A stretch of DNA of 64,000 bases. It comes from Azolla caroliniana. Lineage: Eukaryota > Plantae > Polypodiophyta. Positions 38,912-51,500 of this stretch are shown here, one piece after another. The notes under the pieces are model-generated. The model was not told the DNA's origin. It saw nothing but the letters and a program-made list of their open reading frames with translations, and ran no database searches. Every line of letters starts with the position of its first letter. The first letter of the stretch is position 1. The translations under genes were made by a program, and so were the position numbers. Location of the stretch: positions 19,592,001-19,656,000 of the forward strand of contig JBHGNT010000007.1 in assembly GCA_043228905.1 (NCBI GenBank), in the 5' to 3' direction.

Positions 38912-41048
38912 TTGCGGGAGGAAGGGGGGAACGAGGCCATGTTCGTCTTCACAATAATAGCAACTCCATCATCCACTTCACGTGAAGCGGACATTAAACT
39001 ACCAGAGAAATACAAGGAGTTTTCAGATGTCTTTGATAAGGTGAAGGCCAATACATTGCCGGAGCATCGGCCATACGACTGCCCTATTGACTTACAACTA
39101 GGGAAAGAACCTCCATGGGGCCCAATTTATAATCTCTCCCTTGTAGAGCTAGAGACTTTGCGGGAATATATTGATGAGAATCTGGCAAACGGATTCATTC
39201 GGCATTCTAGATCCCCTATTGGTGCACTTATCTTCTTCGTTAAGAAGAAGAATGGGACTCTTCGGTTGGTCGTGGATTATTGAGGGCTAAACAAAGTGAC
39301 TATCCGGAATAGATACGCTCTACCATTAATCCTGAATCTTTTGGAACGTCTCAGTGGTGCAAAATATTTCATGAAATTGGACCTTCGCGGAGCATATAAT
39401 CTAGTTCAGATTCGCCCGGGGGATGAATGGGAGACAACTTTCCGCACTCGCTATGGACATTTTGAGTATACAGTGATGCCATTTGGTCTCACGAATGCAC
39501 GTGCTATTTTCCAACATATGGCGAACAATATTTTTCGAGATTTTCTTGATATCTTCACTATAGTTTACCTAGATGATATTTTAATCTACTCAAAGACCCA
39601 AGAGGAGCATGAAGAACATGTTCGTCAGGTACTGCGTCGACTCCGAGAATATGGTCTCTACGCAAAATTAGAAAAGTGTAGTTTCGGCCAGAATCAAGTG
39701 GAATTTTTGGGGTATGTTGTATCGTCAAATGTTATTGCTATGGCAAACGCCCCTTTCAGTGCGTGATGTGCAATGTTTTCTCGGGTTTGCAAATTTTTAT
39801 CGAAAATTTATTAAAGATTATTCCAAGGTTGTGCTTCCGCTTACTCAGCTCACACATAAAGATCAACCATTTATATGGAGTTCAGATGCAGCCGAGGCAT
39901 TCGAAAGCTTAAAACGAGCATTTACAATGGCACCTATCTTAGCACATGTCAACCCAAGAAAACGCTTTATCCCCGAAGCCGATGCATCCGATTTTGCACT
40001 AGGGAGTGTCCTCTCGCAGACTGGAGATGATGGACAGCTACACCCTGTCGCCTTTCATTCACGAAAGTTTGAAGCTGCAGAGATCAACTACGAGATCCAT
40101 GACAAAGAGCTTCTTGCAATCGTGGATTCGTTTCAACAATGGCGACATTTCCTAGAAGGTTCTTCTCAGTAGATCATTGTCTACAATGATCATAAGAATC
40201 TGACTTATTTCCAAAATGCTCGAGTCTTGAGTCGGCGACAAGCCCGGTGGGCGCAATTTTTGACTCACTTCGACTTTATCATCATATATCGCCCTGGGAT
40301 GTAGTAAGGCAAAGCAGATGCTCTTTCTCGGCGCTCTTATATGGAACTTCGTCCGGGGGAACTTGCATTTGAGCATAAAAAACAAATCCTTTTGGGTCCT
40401 AATCGATTACGATTAATGGTAGTTAACACCATAACTCTTGAAAATTCCACTCTTATTGATTCCATTCGAGATCATATGGCCACTGATGATTTCGCCAAGG
40501 ATGTTTTGGATCATATCGTCCCGGATCGTGCTTCTTGCTCATGGTCGAAAAATCCTCGGCATGGTGGTTTTCTATTTTGACAAAATTTATTGTATGTTCC
40601 TGATGGTCCCCCACGGCTACAAGTTTTGCAACATTGCCATGACTCACCAATGGCTGGTCATTTTGGAGTTCACAAGACTCTAGAATTAATTTCTCGACGC
40701 TATTGGTGGCCTTGCCTTCGTCATTTTGTTGAGGAGTATGTTCGGAGCTGTGATATATGTTGTCGATCAAAGAATCCTCGTCACCAACCCTATGGCTTAC
40801 TACAACCACTTCCCATTCCGGAAACTCCTTGGAAATCTATATCCTTGGACTTCATTACTGATCTCCCAGTTTCAAAAGGTTTTGATGCAATTCTCACAGT
40901 GGTTGATCGATTTACCAAAATGGCACATTTCTTGCCATGTACAAAGTCGATTACTAGTCAAGAGGCGGCTGATCTCGTTATGCGGGAGGTATTTAAGCAT
41001 CATGGTCTGCCGGATGATATTATTAGTGATCGTGGTCCACAATTGTAG
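38912..41048 (+). mobile_element. Ty3/gypsy (Tcn1/chromovirus-like) pol remnant: RT, RNase H and integrase, truncated
   Basis: [71 protein letters not shown] zinc finger, ISLDFI, IISDRGPQ. Frameshifts and stops are present. Confidence 0.93.
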
Positions 41049-41049
41049 T

Positions 41050-42386
41050 ACAAATGTCATTTAGGACAAGGAGTGGGGGGAACACGTGAGGAGATGTTCT
41101 TTCCATTTTGGGGGCTATTTTCCCCTCACGTCGTTTTTGGCACTTCCCCTCAAACCAACACCTCTTACAGCTCTTCCTCTATCCCTCTGAGCTCTTCATC
41201 TCAGAAATCCATGTCAGGTTTCTGGTTTTGGGTTGAGGATTTCTTGTTTTGTTAGGGTTTTTGTTTTGGGGTTTGAGTTGAGGATTAGAGCCTGTTCTGA
41301 GGCCTCTTATAACATCCAATAGTGACTTCTTCGAGAACGATTTTCTTGCTTCTTCCACCGAATCGAGGTGGCATATCACACAGATTCAAGGCTCCCTCCA
41401 CCATTGGAGGTTCATTCCACCAAATCGAGGTGGCATATCACATAGATTTAACGCTCCCTCCACCATTGGAGGTTCCTTCCACCAAATCGAGGCGGCATAT
41501 CACACAGATTTAACGGTCCCTCCACCATTGGAGGTTCCTTCCACCAAATCGAGGCGGCATATCACACAGATTCAACGCTCCCTCCACCATCCGAGGTTCC
41601 ATTCGAGTACTAAATTTCAGAACTATTTTTTCATTTTCAGTACTAAATTTTATTCATTTTTAGAAATTTGTGAATAAAGAAATGCTAATTGTCATCTTTG
41701 ATCCGTAATTCTAATGTCCGAAATGAATTATTTCTCACTTTGCAGGCCACATTTAAAAACATTTGATTGTGATTTCTTAGTGTAGTCTATATAACATTAA
41801 CTACTCTCGCAAGACACTTAATTTTTTTGGATAAATCTAGTGACCAAATGGGGATCCCCAACAAGAGTGAGTTGTCAAGTAACTCATGTATATCTAAAAG
41901 GACCAAGAGACGAGTGGTTCTTCACATAGTTCGTTATTTGGTAGAAATAACGAAGAGATTTGGTGAAGAGGATCGTAGGGATATTATATGTAGAGTGTTA
42001 CACCATCAACATTTGAATGAAGACATGGGGAGAATAAAATTTAGGGACCAATGTGTTTTAGAAGAGATTGTAGAGTCTATGAAGTCATCCCTAGACTTAG
42101 TGAAAGGTGCAGAGAGCATAGACAAACTTGTCGCAAAGAGGGCAGCCCTACACATGGTTGTGAACGGTGCGAGAGAAAAAAAATATAGTGATACTAAAGT
42201 TGCCTTAGCCCTGGGTATTCAAAGAAGGAACTTGAGGAAACATCGCCGAAATATACACTCAAGCCAATTCAAGTGGCTGGGGTTGGGACGTAGACGACGA
42301 TGCGATGCCTTATCTCAAAAGATTATTTAGAAAGTGGATTCATTTTGGGCAAAAAATACGCGTGTCTCACTAAATAAGAAGGACGT
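41050..42386 (+). mobile_element. 5' remnant of a Sola-like DNA transposon, interrupted by the gypsy LTR at 42387
   Basis: ORF 41827..42330 continues after a stop as KVDSFWAKNTRVSLNKKDV, homologous to FWSNESRVSPNKKDL at 59287 ff. It is preceded by a 62-bp tandem array. Confidence 0.55.
41352..41600. repeat. 62-bp tandem repeat, 4 copies
   Basis: Unit ttccaccaaatcgaggyggcatatcacacagatttaacgctccctccaccattggaggttcc. Confidence 0.9.
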
Positions 42387-44345
42387 TGTCGCGAAATTAC
42401 GATGAGGATACGTGAACGTTGAGGCAAGCCTTTGACTAGAGGATATCAAATTCGTGTATTTATGTACTAAGAATTAACCGAAATGAGAAAGATTAACAAA
42501 TTTCATTAACAAGTAGAAAGAAAGATTACAAAAAGTTTGCTAATGGAGATGGCTAGAGTAACAGATTTGAAGAAATGAGATATGGATTTAATTAGAATAT
42601 TAGGGTTTTTAGCTTCAATTCGAAAATTAGGGTTTTTGAGTTGTATGGCTTTCATTAGGAAATTAGGGTTTTCTTCAGAGATAGCTTCCTTCCCCCCCCC
42701 TATGGAAATTAGGAATTATGATTGATAGCCCCCTTCTTGATTGATGGATTTTTCCTTATTCTCCATACACCATGCGTCCCACCTGGCGTTTACTTTAGTT
42801 TTCTTCACTTTACTTTCGTTTGTTGCATGATCTCCACCTTTTTGTTGCACACCTTCCACATCACCTTTACTTTTTGCATGCACTCCAACTTTAGTTGCTT
42901 GCGTCCACATGGCCTTTACTTTAGTTCTCTTCACTTTACTTTAGTTTGTTGCATGATCCAATCTTCCATCCGTCCGCGTCCAACCTCGTCCGGTAGCCGG
43001 TTCCGCCCGATCGCCAAATCCCTCGCCGGCCGGTTCTGGTTCCAGTTTGCTGGCCAACCGGTTACGGTTCCGGTTTGCTTGCTTGTTCCGGTTTTGCTTA
43101 CCGGCCGGTTTTCGGTTTTCGGATTTGCTTATCGGCCGGTTTCCGGATTTGCTTTCCAGCCGGTTTCCGGTTTTTGGGAACTTGGCCACCATCATCCATC
43201 AAGACAAAGTGGCCAAAGTGCTCTTAGCACAAATGAAAAATGAGGGAGCTCAAGGTGCTTATACATAAGCTGCTACATCTTTGTAGATGCCTAGCCACCA
43301 ATATTTCTCCTTAACCTTCGCAAACGTAGCCCATATTCCTCGATGGCCTACAAAAACATTATCATGAAATTTAGACATTAGTTTTTGTTAGTCTTCTAGC
43401 TTGCAGACAACTCTCATTGGAGTCCCATTTCTCTTTTTTGCATGCCTCCAAAGAGCTCTATCCTTAAGGAAATACTTGTATGCCTTCTTCCGAATTCGAT
43501 GGAAGTCTTCCGTCGACCATGATTCATCTTTTTGGAGAGAACTCAAGTATTTCCCGATCTCCACAAATTCGCCTTCGTAATCCTCTTCTATGAAAGTAGT
43601 CAGCACTCGAGCGTAGGAACTTGCAAAGAAATCCAAGCCAACATCATCTTCATCAAAATGTCGATCTTCTTCTCCGTCGTATCTCGCTCGTGATAGCATG
43701 TCTGCAACGACATTACGCTTCCCAAGCTACATGACGGATCTCCGGGTTGAGTGACTTGATATATGCAATCCAACGCAACATGGCAATATCTGGTATATTA
43801 CAACCAGATATCATACCCAAATTTGGTAGGCAATCTGTCTCAATTATGACTTCTGCTCCAATAAGGTAATCACGATCAGATTTGATTGCCAAGACGATTC
43901 CCCATAGCTCCCTCTTCACTTGGGCATACCTTCTTTGCTTATCACTTAACACTTTCGTGCCAAACTGAATTGCATATAACACGTTCGCGTTCACAAGTGG
44001 AAGGATCGCGCATAAATGGAAGGATAAGGGAAATTTTGGTTGATTTTAGGGTTTTTTCAATGATTTTACAAAACACATTGATACCAGTATCATACATGTT
44101 CAAACATACTATGAAAAAGGTTAAAAGTCCACTATTTTCGTGATTTAGAAGTAACTAAAAAAAGACGAATTTCAAAAAGATACATTCTCAATTTATATCA
44201 CAAACTTTACAACCAATGTTATTTTATAAGAAACGTTTTTTTAGAAATCATAAGAATTCAAAACACATGCTTTTATATTACTCGATTTGTTACAAGCGGA
44301 ATGTAGTTACACTTAATAGCCAAATATACATTCATGATCACTCCT

Positions 44346-47142
44346 TTACGGAGAATCACTACTATAACTAATATACAATGACGATTCCTCCTCATCATCC
44401 TCGGATGTACCAATCAGTGCATTATCTTCGTCATAAACCAAATGGTTTGACTCTAGATTATATGTAGCAGATCTCGTTTGCCTTTGACTCGAGCCACCTT
44501 GTAGACCTGGTAATTTTTCTTTTATTATATCTATTGTTGACTTCCTTAATCGTCTGGCTTTTGTAAGTGTGAAGTCGTACACGATGATATCCACATCAGA
44601 GATATCAAGGGTCGAGGTGTTACGAATGTTTTGCTTCCTCTTCCTACCTCCCCTTCTTGTTGGGCATTCAATCATCTCCAATGTATACTTAATTGTAAAA
44701 GCATTTGCACTTCTAGTGTTGTACCAATGAACATTTATAGACTTGATCGTGTTTTCTATTTCATGCATTAGCACTTCTAGAATTTTACCAACCCAAAATT
44801 GGTGGCCATGTGAGTTCTCATCAGCCGGCATTGCAATCAACATCCCCGCGGTGAGCTCTTGCAAATTGCCTTGCCATTTAACTTCGGCTGCTTTGGTCAT
44901 CCTTGGTCCCACATAAATGTCTCTTTGTTGTGGATGGACTAAGTTGTCATTAATCGCATTTACTAGTTGCTCCGGAGTTCTATTTACGCGATCATGTTGC
45001 AGCGACCATGTGAATGGCGTTTCCAAATTCCAATTATCAATAGATACACAATTGTCTATAATTTCTTTCTGATCACTATAAAATACATCCCACCATGACG
45101 TGTCTTGTTGTGCGGCATATTTCTTGGCGGCCTCAATATGCTTTCTTTTTTCTTCTAAGGCTTGGAGCCATGACCGTTTTTGTTCTGATACCAGGTCGCT
45201 CTGCAACTGTGCTTTCTTCTCAATTGGCATTTGCTTAGCTCCATGGACAATTGTACTCGGCATACAAAGTAATAATTGGCAACCACCTTTAGGTTCCCAT
45301 GTTGTAGAAGATGAATATTGTTTAGCATACAAAAGTGTAGAACCACTTATTCCATTTTTCTTTATCATAAAAATGTGATTGAAACTTATATTGTTTAACT
45401 GAGCAAGCACTTTAACATTCCCACCACCCCCATATGATATATATCTCTTAAAGTCATATACCTCCTTCAAGTGTAACACTTTTGGGCGTGGTGTATATGC
45501 ATCACAAATGACATCAAATAGTTTAGGTAAAGTGAAAGCATCATGCCGAGACAACTCTTGGTTGACTTTCACTTTCCTAAACACTTTTGGGCGTGGTGTA
45601 TATGGTCATGTGTGTGGCCAACCAAAAGGAAATTGACTTTCACTTTCCTAAACAATTCTTGGTTGACCAACATACTTAGATAGCCAAATACAATTGAATT
45701 TTTGTTCTCTCTAGGAGTATTGTCCAATTGAATGTATAGAACAGGGGGGAAAGGTTGGCCACAGGACATCAAAACTCGGTGAATGACTCGGTGCATTTTT
45801 GTTCTCTCTAGCAGTATTGTCCAATTGAATGACTCGGTGCATTTTTGTTCTCTCTAGCAGTATTGTCCAATTGAATGACTCGGTGCATTTGAACAAGGCA
45901 CTCATCATTGACATCTTTGGAGAGCCTCCGCATATGCGGCAAACACGTCTTCTTCTGGTCCATGCTATCTATCATTAAGCACATGTATTGTTCGGGCCTC
46001 TTCAAACACTTCTCTCTATGATGCATCGGCTTCTTTCATTCTAAGGATTGTGCCTCACGATGCTCTTGTAGTAACTTCTTACTCATATCCTTTTCCATTG
46101 ATGTCTTTGCACCTTTAGCCAAACTTTTAAGATTTGCACAAATGGAGCAATACCCCATACGTACTTTACGAGGAATAATAACATTTGAAAACCAAGCTCT
46201 CCATAATCTTGTGAATTGGCTATAGGTGATAGACTTATTACGTGAGCCCAACATATCAGATCGATAGACATCATAAACTTCCTGACGTGTATAATTATCA
46301 GAAAGGCGCATCCTACCTATAGTGGGCATTACTTCACAATTTAACTGAAAGTAAGTTTTCATCCAACCAATAGCATGTCTTCCAATTGCACCTTTCATAC
46401 TTGGAACCTCTTTACAATTGAGCATCTGATCCCCGCTAAGTAGACGTTGTTGTACTCTATGTAGCCGCATGTTACTAACACATAACACAATTTTGAATGC
46501 AACTCTACATATCTGTTGTGCATGGAAGATATAATACTCGAATGATACTTTGATCCCCATACATTTGTCAGATACTAGTTGCATATGTGACCCGAGGTAA
46601 GTGTCTTGCTCATCACCGGTCATCGAAAAATAGTATTGCCTTAATTCTCGCAACTTTGATTTTCCAATCATAGACATACAACCACGGGCAGAACAGATTT
46701 TTTTGACATCAAATCCAATCTGTTTATCTAATGTCACCAAGCTAAATCTAGCCAGATGAATTCTTCGTGGGATTCTTCTAATATGCATAGGGCTCCCAGA
46801 TTTCTCTTCCTGCATAGAGGTTGGTGTAACCTTGTTACAATCTAATTCTCTGTTGTGACCATCGCCAATGTTATTCAATGTTTCCTTGGCACTACCTTCA
46901 TTCTCCGTATCTTTATTAATATTGTATTCTTCAATAGAGAACTCTTCACATGTGTCATTATTTACATTCCCTGTAGATGAGCTCAAACAATATTCTTTGA
47001 TAGAATATGGTGAGTCTGTCGACAGACAATATTCTTCAATCGAATATGGTGACTCTGTCGACAAACAATACTCTTCAGTAGAAAACGATGAATCTGATGA
47101 CAAACAATATTCTTCAATCGAGAACGGTGAATCTTCACTCAT
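44346..47142 (-). pseudogene. Sola1-like DDD transposase, disrupted
   Basis: ORFs 46036..47142, 45808..46026, 45569..45796 and 44346..45584. Motifs: ICRVAF, CSICANL, MIDSMDQKKT (D1), YIQLDNTPRENKN (D2), FLLVGHTHDHI (next to D3). Local duplications and deletions break the frame. Confidence 0.85.
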
Positions 47143-47617
47143 GGCTTAAGGTCTAGATAGGGCTTTGTAAGTTATGTGCTTAGGGTAAGGAAAAAAACTA
47201 ATAAGCTCCTCTCTAAACATATACTCCTCTCTAAACATAAACTTCTCTCTAAACAAAAGCCAAATCAATAGAATGTCTATATTATGTAATATTATATTAA
47301 TACAATACATAAATTTTTTATTTTTAATAAAGTAATTGTATTTAAAATATCAATTATTATTTAAACTACATCTATATGAAGTTAAATCAAGTATAATATA
47401 AATCTAATCATTACCAAGCCATAAATATGTTGGATTAATGTTAAAATCATTGGCTAATTAATGGCACACAGAGCACACAGAGCACGAAGCACAAAAGCGC
47501 GATCTCCGCCTCCACTGCCACATGATCAACCATGTCTTCAAAGAGAATTGAGCACGAGGACTCCAGGTAGGCCTTTGACACTGTGGACATTTTTGTAAAT
47601 ATGTTTTGTCGCTCAAG

Positions 47618-48050
47618 AACTCGATACGCCGTATCGAGTTCCTATATACAATACAAACTTTATGTAGGAACTCGATACGACGTATCGAGTTCATATTTTT
47701 TTTTTTGCTTTTTAAACAGGAACTCGATACGACGTATCAAGTTCCTGTTTAAAACCTACACTTTAAACACAAACTCGATACGCCGTATTGAGTTCCTGTT
47801 TAAAACCTAAAATTTAAACGGGAACTCGATACGGCGTATCGAGTTCCTGTTTAAAAAGGAAAGGAAACACAGGAACTCGATACAGCGTATCGAGTTCCCG
47901 TTTAAAGTTTAAGTTTTAAACACGAACTCGATACGCCGTATCGAGTTCTCGTTTAAAACCTAAACTTTAAACGGGAACTTGATATGGTGTATCGAGTTTG
48001 TGTTTAAAACCTAGACTTTAAACGGGAATTCGATACGCCGTATCGAGTTC
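47618..48050. repeat. Array of 9 palindromes GAACTCGATACGNCGTATCGAGTTC at ~51-bp period
   Basis: Copies near 47618, 47669, 47720, 47771, 47822, 47873, 47924, 47975 and 48026. Several extend to ~43-bp palindromes with TTTAAACRGG/CCYGTTTAAA arms. Confidence 0.95.
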
Positions 48051-48559
48051 TTGTATAAAAGAAGGCTCTGAAAGAGAAAAATTGTGTTTTTGGGGCAACA
48101 ATTAATTATTGTGTGGAAAAGATATCAAATTGTCTGTCAAAATCAGTCTTTTTTATGTTGACTTGCCTTACTTTTAAAAAAAAACATGACCTAATTATAG
48201 GTGTTTTATGAACTACTATAGCTTAAAATAGTAGAAAATAACCCACAAATTACCTTTATGATAGCAAATTCTCCTCAATATAGGTCTGGAATCTATATAA
48301 ATCATACCTACTCTTTAAAAGAATATATAACCCTGTTTACTTATTACGATATATATTTTCTAGTTTGAATAGCCCTGCCTAGAATAGATTTTTGAATATA
48401 GGACTACCATGTACTCTGAATGCATGATTGATATTTTCACTTCACCACTAATCACCTGCTAGTGAGAACTGTTTTTCATCTTCATATTTATATTTTAATA
48501 TACAACCTTAATCTACGTGACCACCTAACTTATGTTTTTGCATATACTTTCTTAAATAG

Positions 48560-51500
48560 GTCGTTTGAGAACCTGTCGGACCGACCCGTGAAGAAAATAA
48601 AGCTTCGCATACAGGGTTCTCCAATCGAAGCCCAGACCAAGGTAGCTCCTGAGACCATGAAGAGAGGAAAAAAGCTTCTCTTCAACGAGGAGACAAAATC
48701 TCAGCCACACATTGACGTTAGCCAAAAGAAACTTGTCTCCGCTACTGGAGGTGAAGACCTTCCTGACCGTGATCTAACGGACAAGGAATGGTGTATGCAA
48801 TATGTCGACTCAAAGAAAAAAGTCGTATTGTATACAACAAAGAAGAAGGGGGAGGGGCAGCTTGGAAAGGAAACCCCATTTATGTATGGCCGTATTCTAC
48901 GATTTGACTACAAAGATGCAGATTCGGCCAACATACTGGTAATGATAGAGTGCTCCAAGGGGGTACGTAAAGTGTTCCTTTCAGAAGACCTTTTAGTAAA
49001 GGAATCTTGTGGGCCAGAAGCGTTCAAAAAAGATCTTGAAAGCTCACAAAACCTTATTGTTACCTTGAGGCCTTATATACAAGGCCATGTAACTCTAAGA
49101 GATGAAGTGCCCTCCCCATTGAAGGCCACAAAAAGGGTATCCAAAGTCCAGTCAAGACCACCAAAGAAGAAGACAACCAAAATGTCGGACACCGATTCAA
49201 CAAGTGAAAACGAAGAGGAGGACAATAAGGGGACGCCAGGAGCTGAGCTGGCATCGGGTGTTTTGTCATCCGAGCAGAATAAGATAAGGAGAGAGTTAAT
49301 GCAACGTAAACTGGTCAGGAAAGGGAAAGTGTTTAATTTGCCTATAACACACATCCATTGGCCCCCTATTGATGAAAAAACAGGTCGACGACCACTTGAG
49401 ATTAGAGAGCCACACCACATCGCATGCATGTTCAAAATCTCAAGAAAAAAATGAAAATTAATCCTCATGGCACTGTGGTGCCTTTTATTGTTATGGTAGA
49501 TCCTGAAGAATGTGAAACCATTGAAGATTTTGATATTAGAAAGCATGATCAATATAATTACTTTGTCATTGGTGGATCGCATTCAGCAAAGGCACGTCGT
49601 CAACTTGTGAGAGAGCATCCAACGACTTTCTTCTTCAAGTATGCCGAGTGCAAAATTTATGTTGGGCTCACAACGGAAGAGGCTAAGCTGTTGGCATGGG
49701 ACCATAATAATGATCATGACTATAGGCAGAAAATGTCGTCCATTGAGCATATACGGTTCTTCCACCACGAGTATTTAGACGTGAAACAAAAGTTTGGTGT
49801 GAAGTTACATCAAGGCCTACGACGTCAATGTCTGCATGAAGTCAGCATTGTTGTAGATGATAATGTTAAGTCCGATGGTCTTCGAAAATATGAGTCTTAG
49901 TTTCAATTGGCGTTTAGAGATGGAGAAGTATGGGACCTATAAGATCAAATCTTCTCAATGTGGGAGAATAAGGAGGTAAAGGGTCAACGACAAAAGAAAT
50001 GTAAGGTTGACCCTCAACTAGAGTTAAAGTCACAAGCCGCCAAGAAAATTGACTTGACAATTGAATAAGCGGCAGACGACACGAAGCTGTCTCTATGGAG
50101 AGCGATGCAAGGTATTAAGGACGGGCAGCTTCTTGTGTCTGTTTTGTCAAGGGTTGTGGCGAAAGATTTAAGCCTTGAAGAAATGGTCACTGAGTTCAAT
50201 AAGTAAGTCTTTCAAATACTGATATTGTAGTCTATCTGGTGTAATTCAAAGTTTTAATCGTCATTTCTAATTTTACAGTCATAAGGTGTACATGAAGATC
50301 CAAGAAGTTATGATGAAACAACTTGGATGTATAACTTGGGAACAAGTGACTGAGGATTATCCTCTAACGTCTTCATATAAGGCGTTATCAGAGTATTTTA
50401 TTGCATTCAAGGATTGGGTTAGTATTGATGGTTTTTCATTACCCTTTCATCATATGTAGAGCTTGTATAATAATACCTGATGTCCTATTGCTTCTATTAG
50501 AAACCGTGTCGAGGCAAGAAACAAGGAGAAGTTAAGGGTATACACGATTTCCCTACATTCTTCCTTGCACATCTCGAGCGAGGCAGAAAAGAAAAGGATC
50601 GTCGCTTAGTCAAGGCGTATGAAATGGAGGAAGATGGCTCCTTTAAAAAATTTAGCCACAAAAAAGATATTATGAGAGATCTTTACTACAATGTGGTTTG
50701 CGGTGATGTCGTCGACTTGATCCAAAAGGTGCCAAAGAAGGAATATACGCTAATGATTGCGGATATTCCTTACGGATTTCGAATGGCTGGGTCATCATAC
50801 GACGATGAACCATTTAGCTTTAAACAATTGGAGAAGATGGTCAAGGATTTCGCTAAGCTAACGACTGCATCCTTGTGGCGAATAATTGTCTTTCATAGTA
50901 TGGACCAAGGCTACTTGGTAGCTCAAGCTTTGAGATCTCGTTGCCATGGCATCAAGAACCTTGCATGGTAAGGATTATTTATAGGTGTCTTTCACTATAT
51001 TGCATTTCTTAAGGTTGTTCAATCTATTCTTAGCTCATTGTATTATTTTTTATAGGATCAAGACCAATGTAAATAGAGGGCCAACTTTTCGGTTCGTTAA
51101 TGCCATTGAATACATCACGGTTGGCTACTTCGATAAAATTAAGAAACAGAGAATCAAGGAGCATTCTAATGAAGTGGGAGGTTCAAATCTGTTAGTATAT
51201 CCAGCAATGACACGGAAATTGCGACATGTCACCACGACAGAACGGGGACTTGTCAACCCATATCAAAAACCTCAACGACTTATGATGTGCTTGATCGAGA
51301 TGTTTTCTATCGAAGGAGACTGGATATTAGATCTCTTTTCTGGCATAGGTATTCCTCAAACTAGGGTAACGATCTTGAGATAACCAATCCCTTTTTTTTT
51401 TGGTTTGACAACTAAATCTTCTTGTTACTTACATCACAGGAACGACGTCTACATGTGCATTGAAGCTCTTTAGAAATATAGTTGCATTGGAGAAGGAAGA

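Noticed and set aside
47618-48050. CRISPR array
   Set aside because: The spacers are not unique (mostly variants of ctgtttaaaacctaaactttaaacgg), there are no cas genes, and the context is a eukaryotic transposon.
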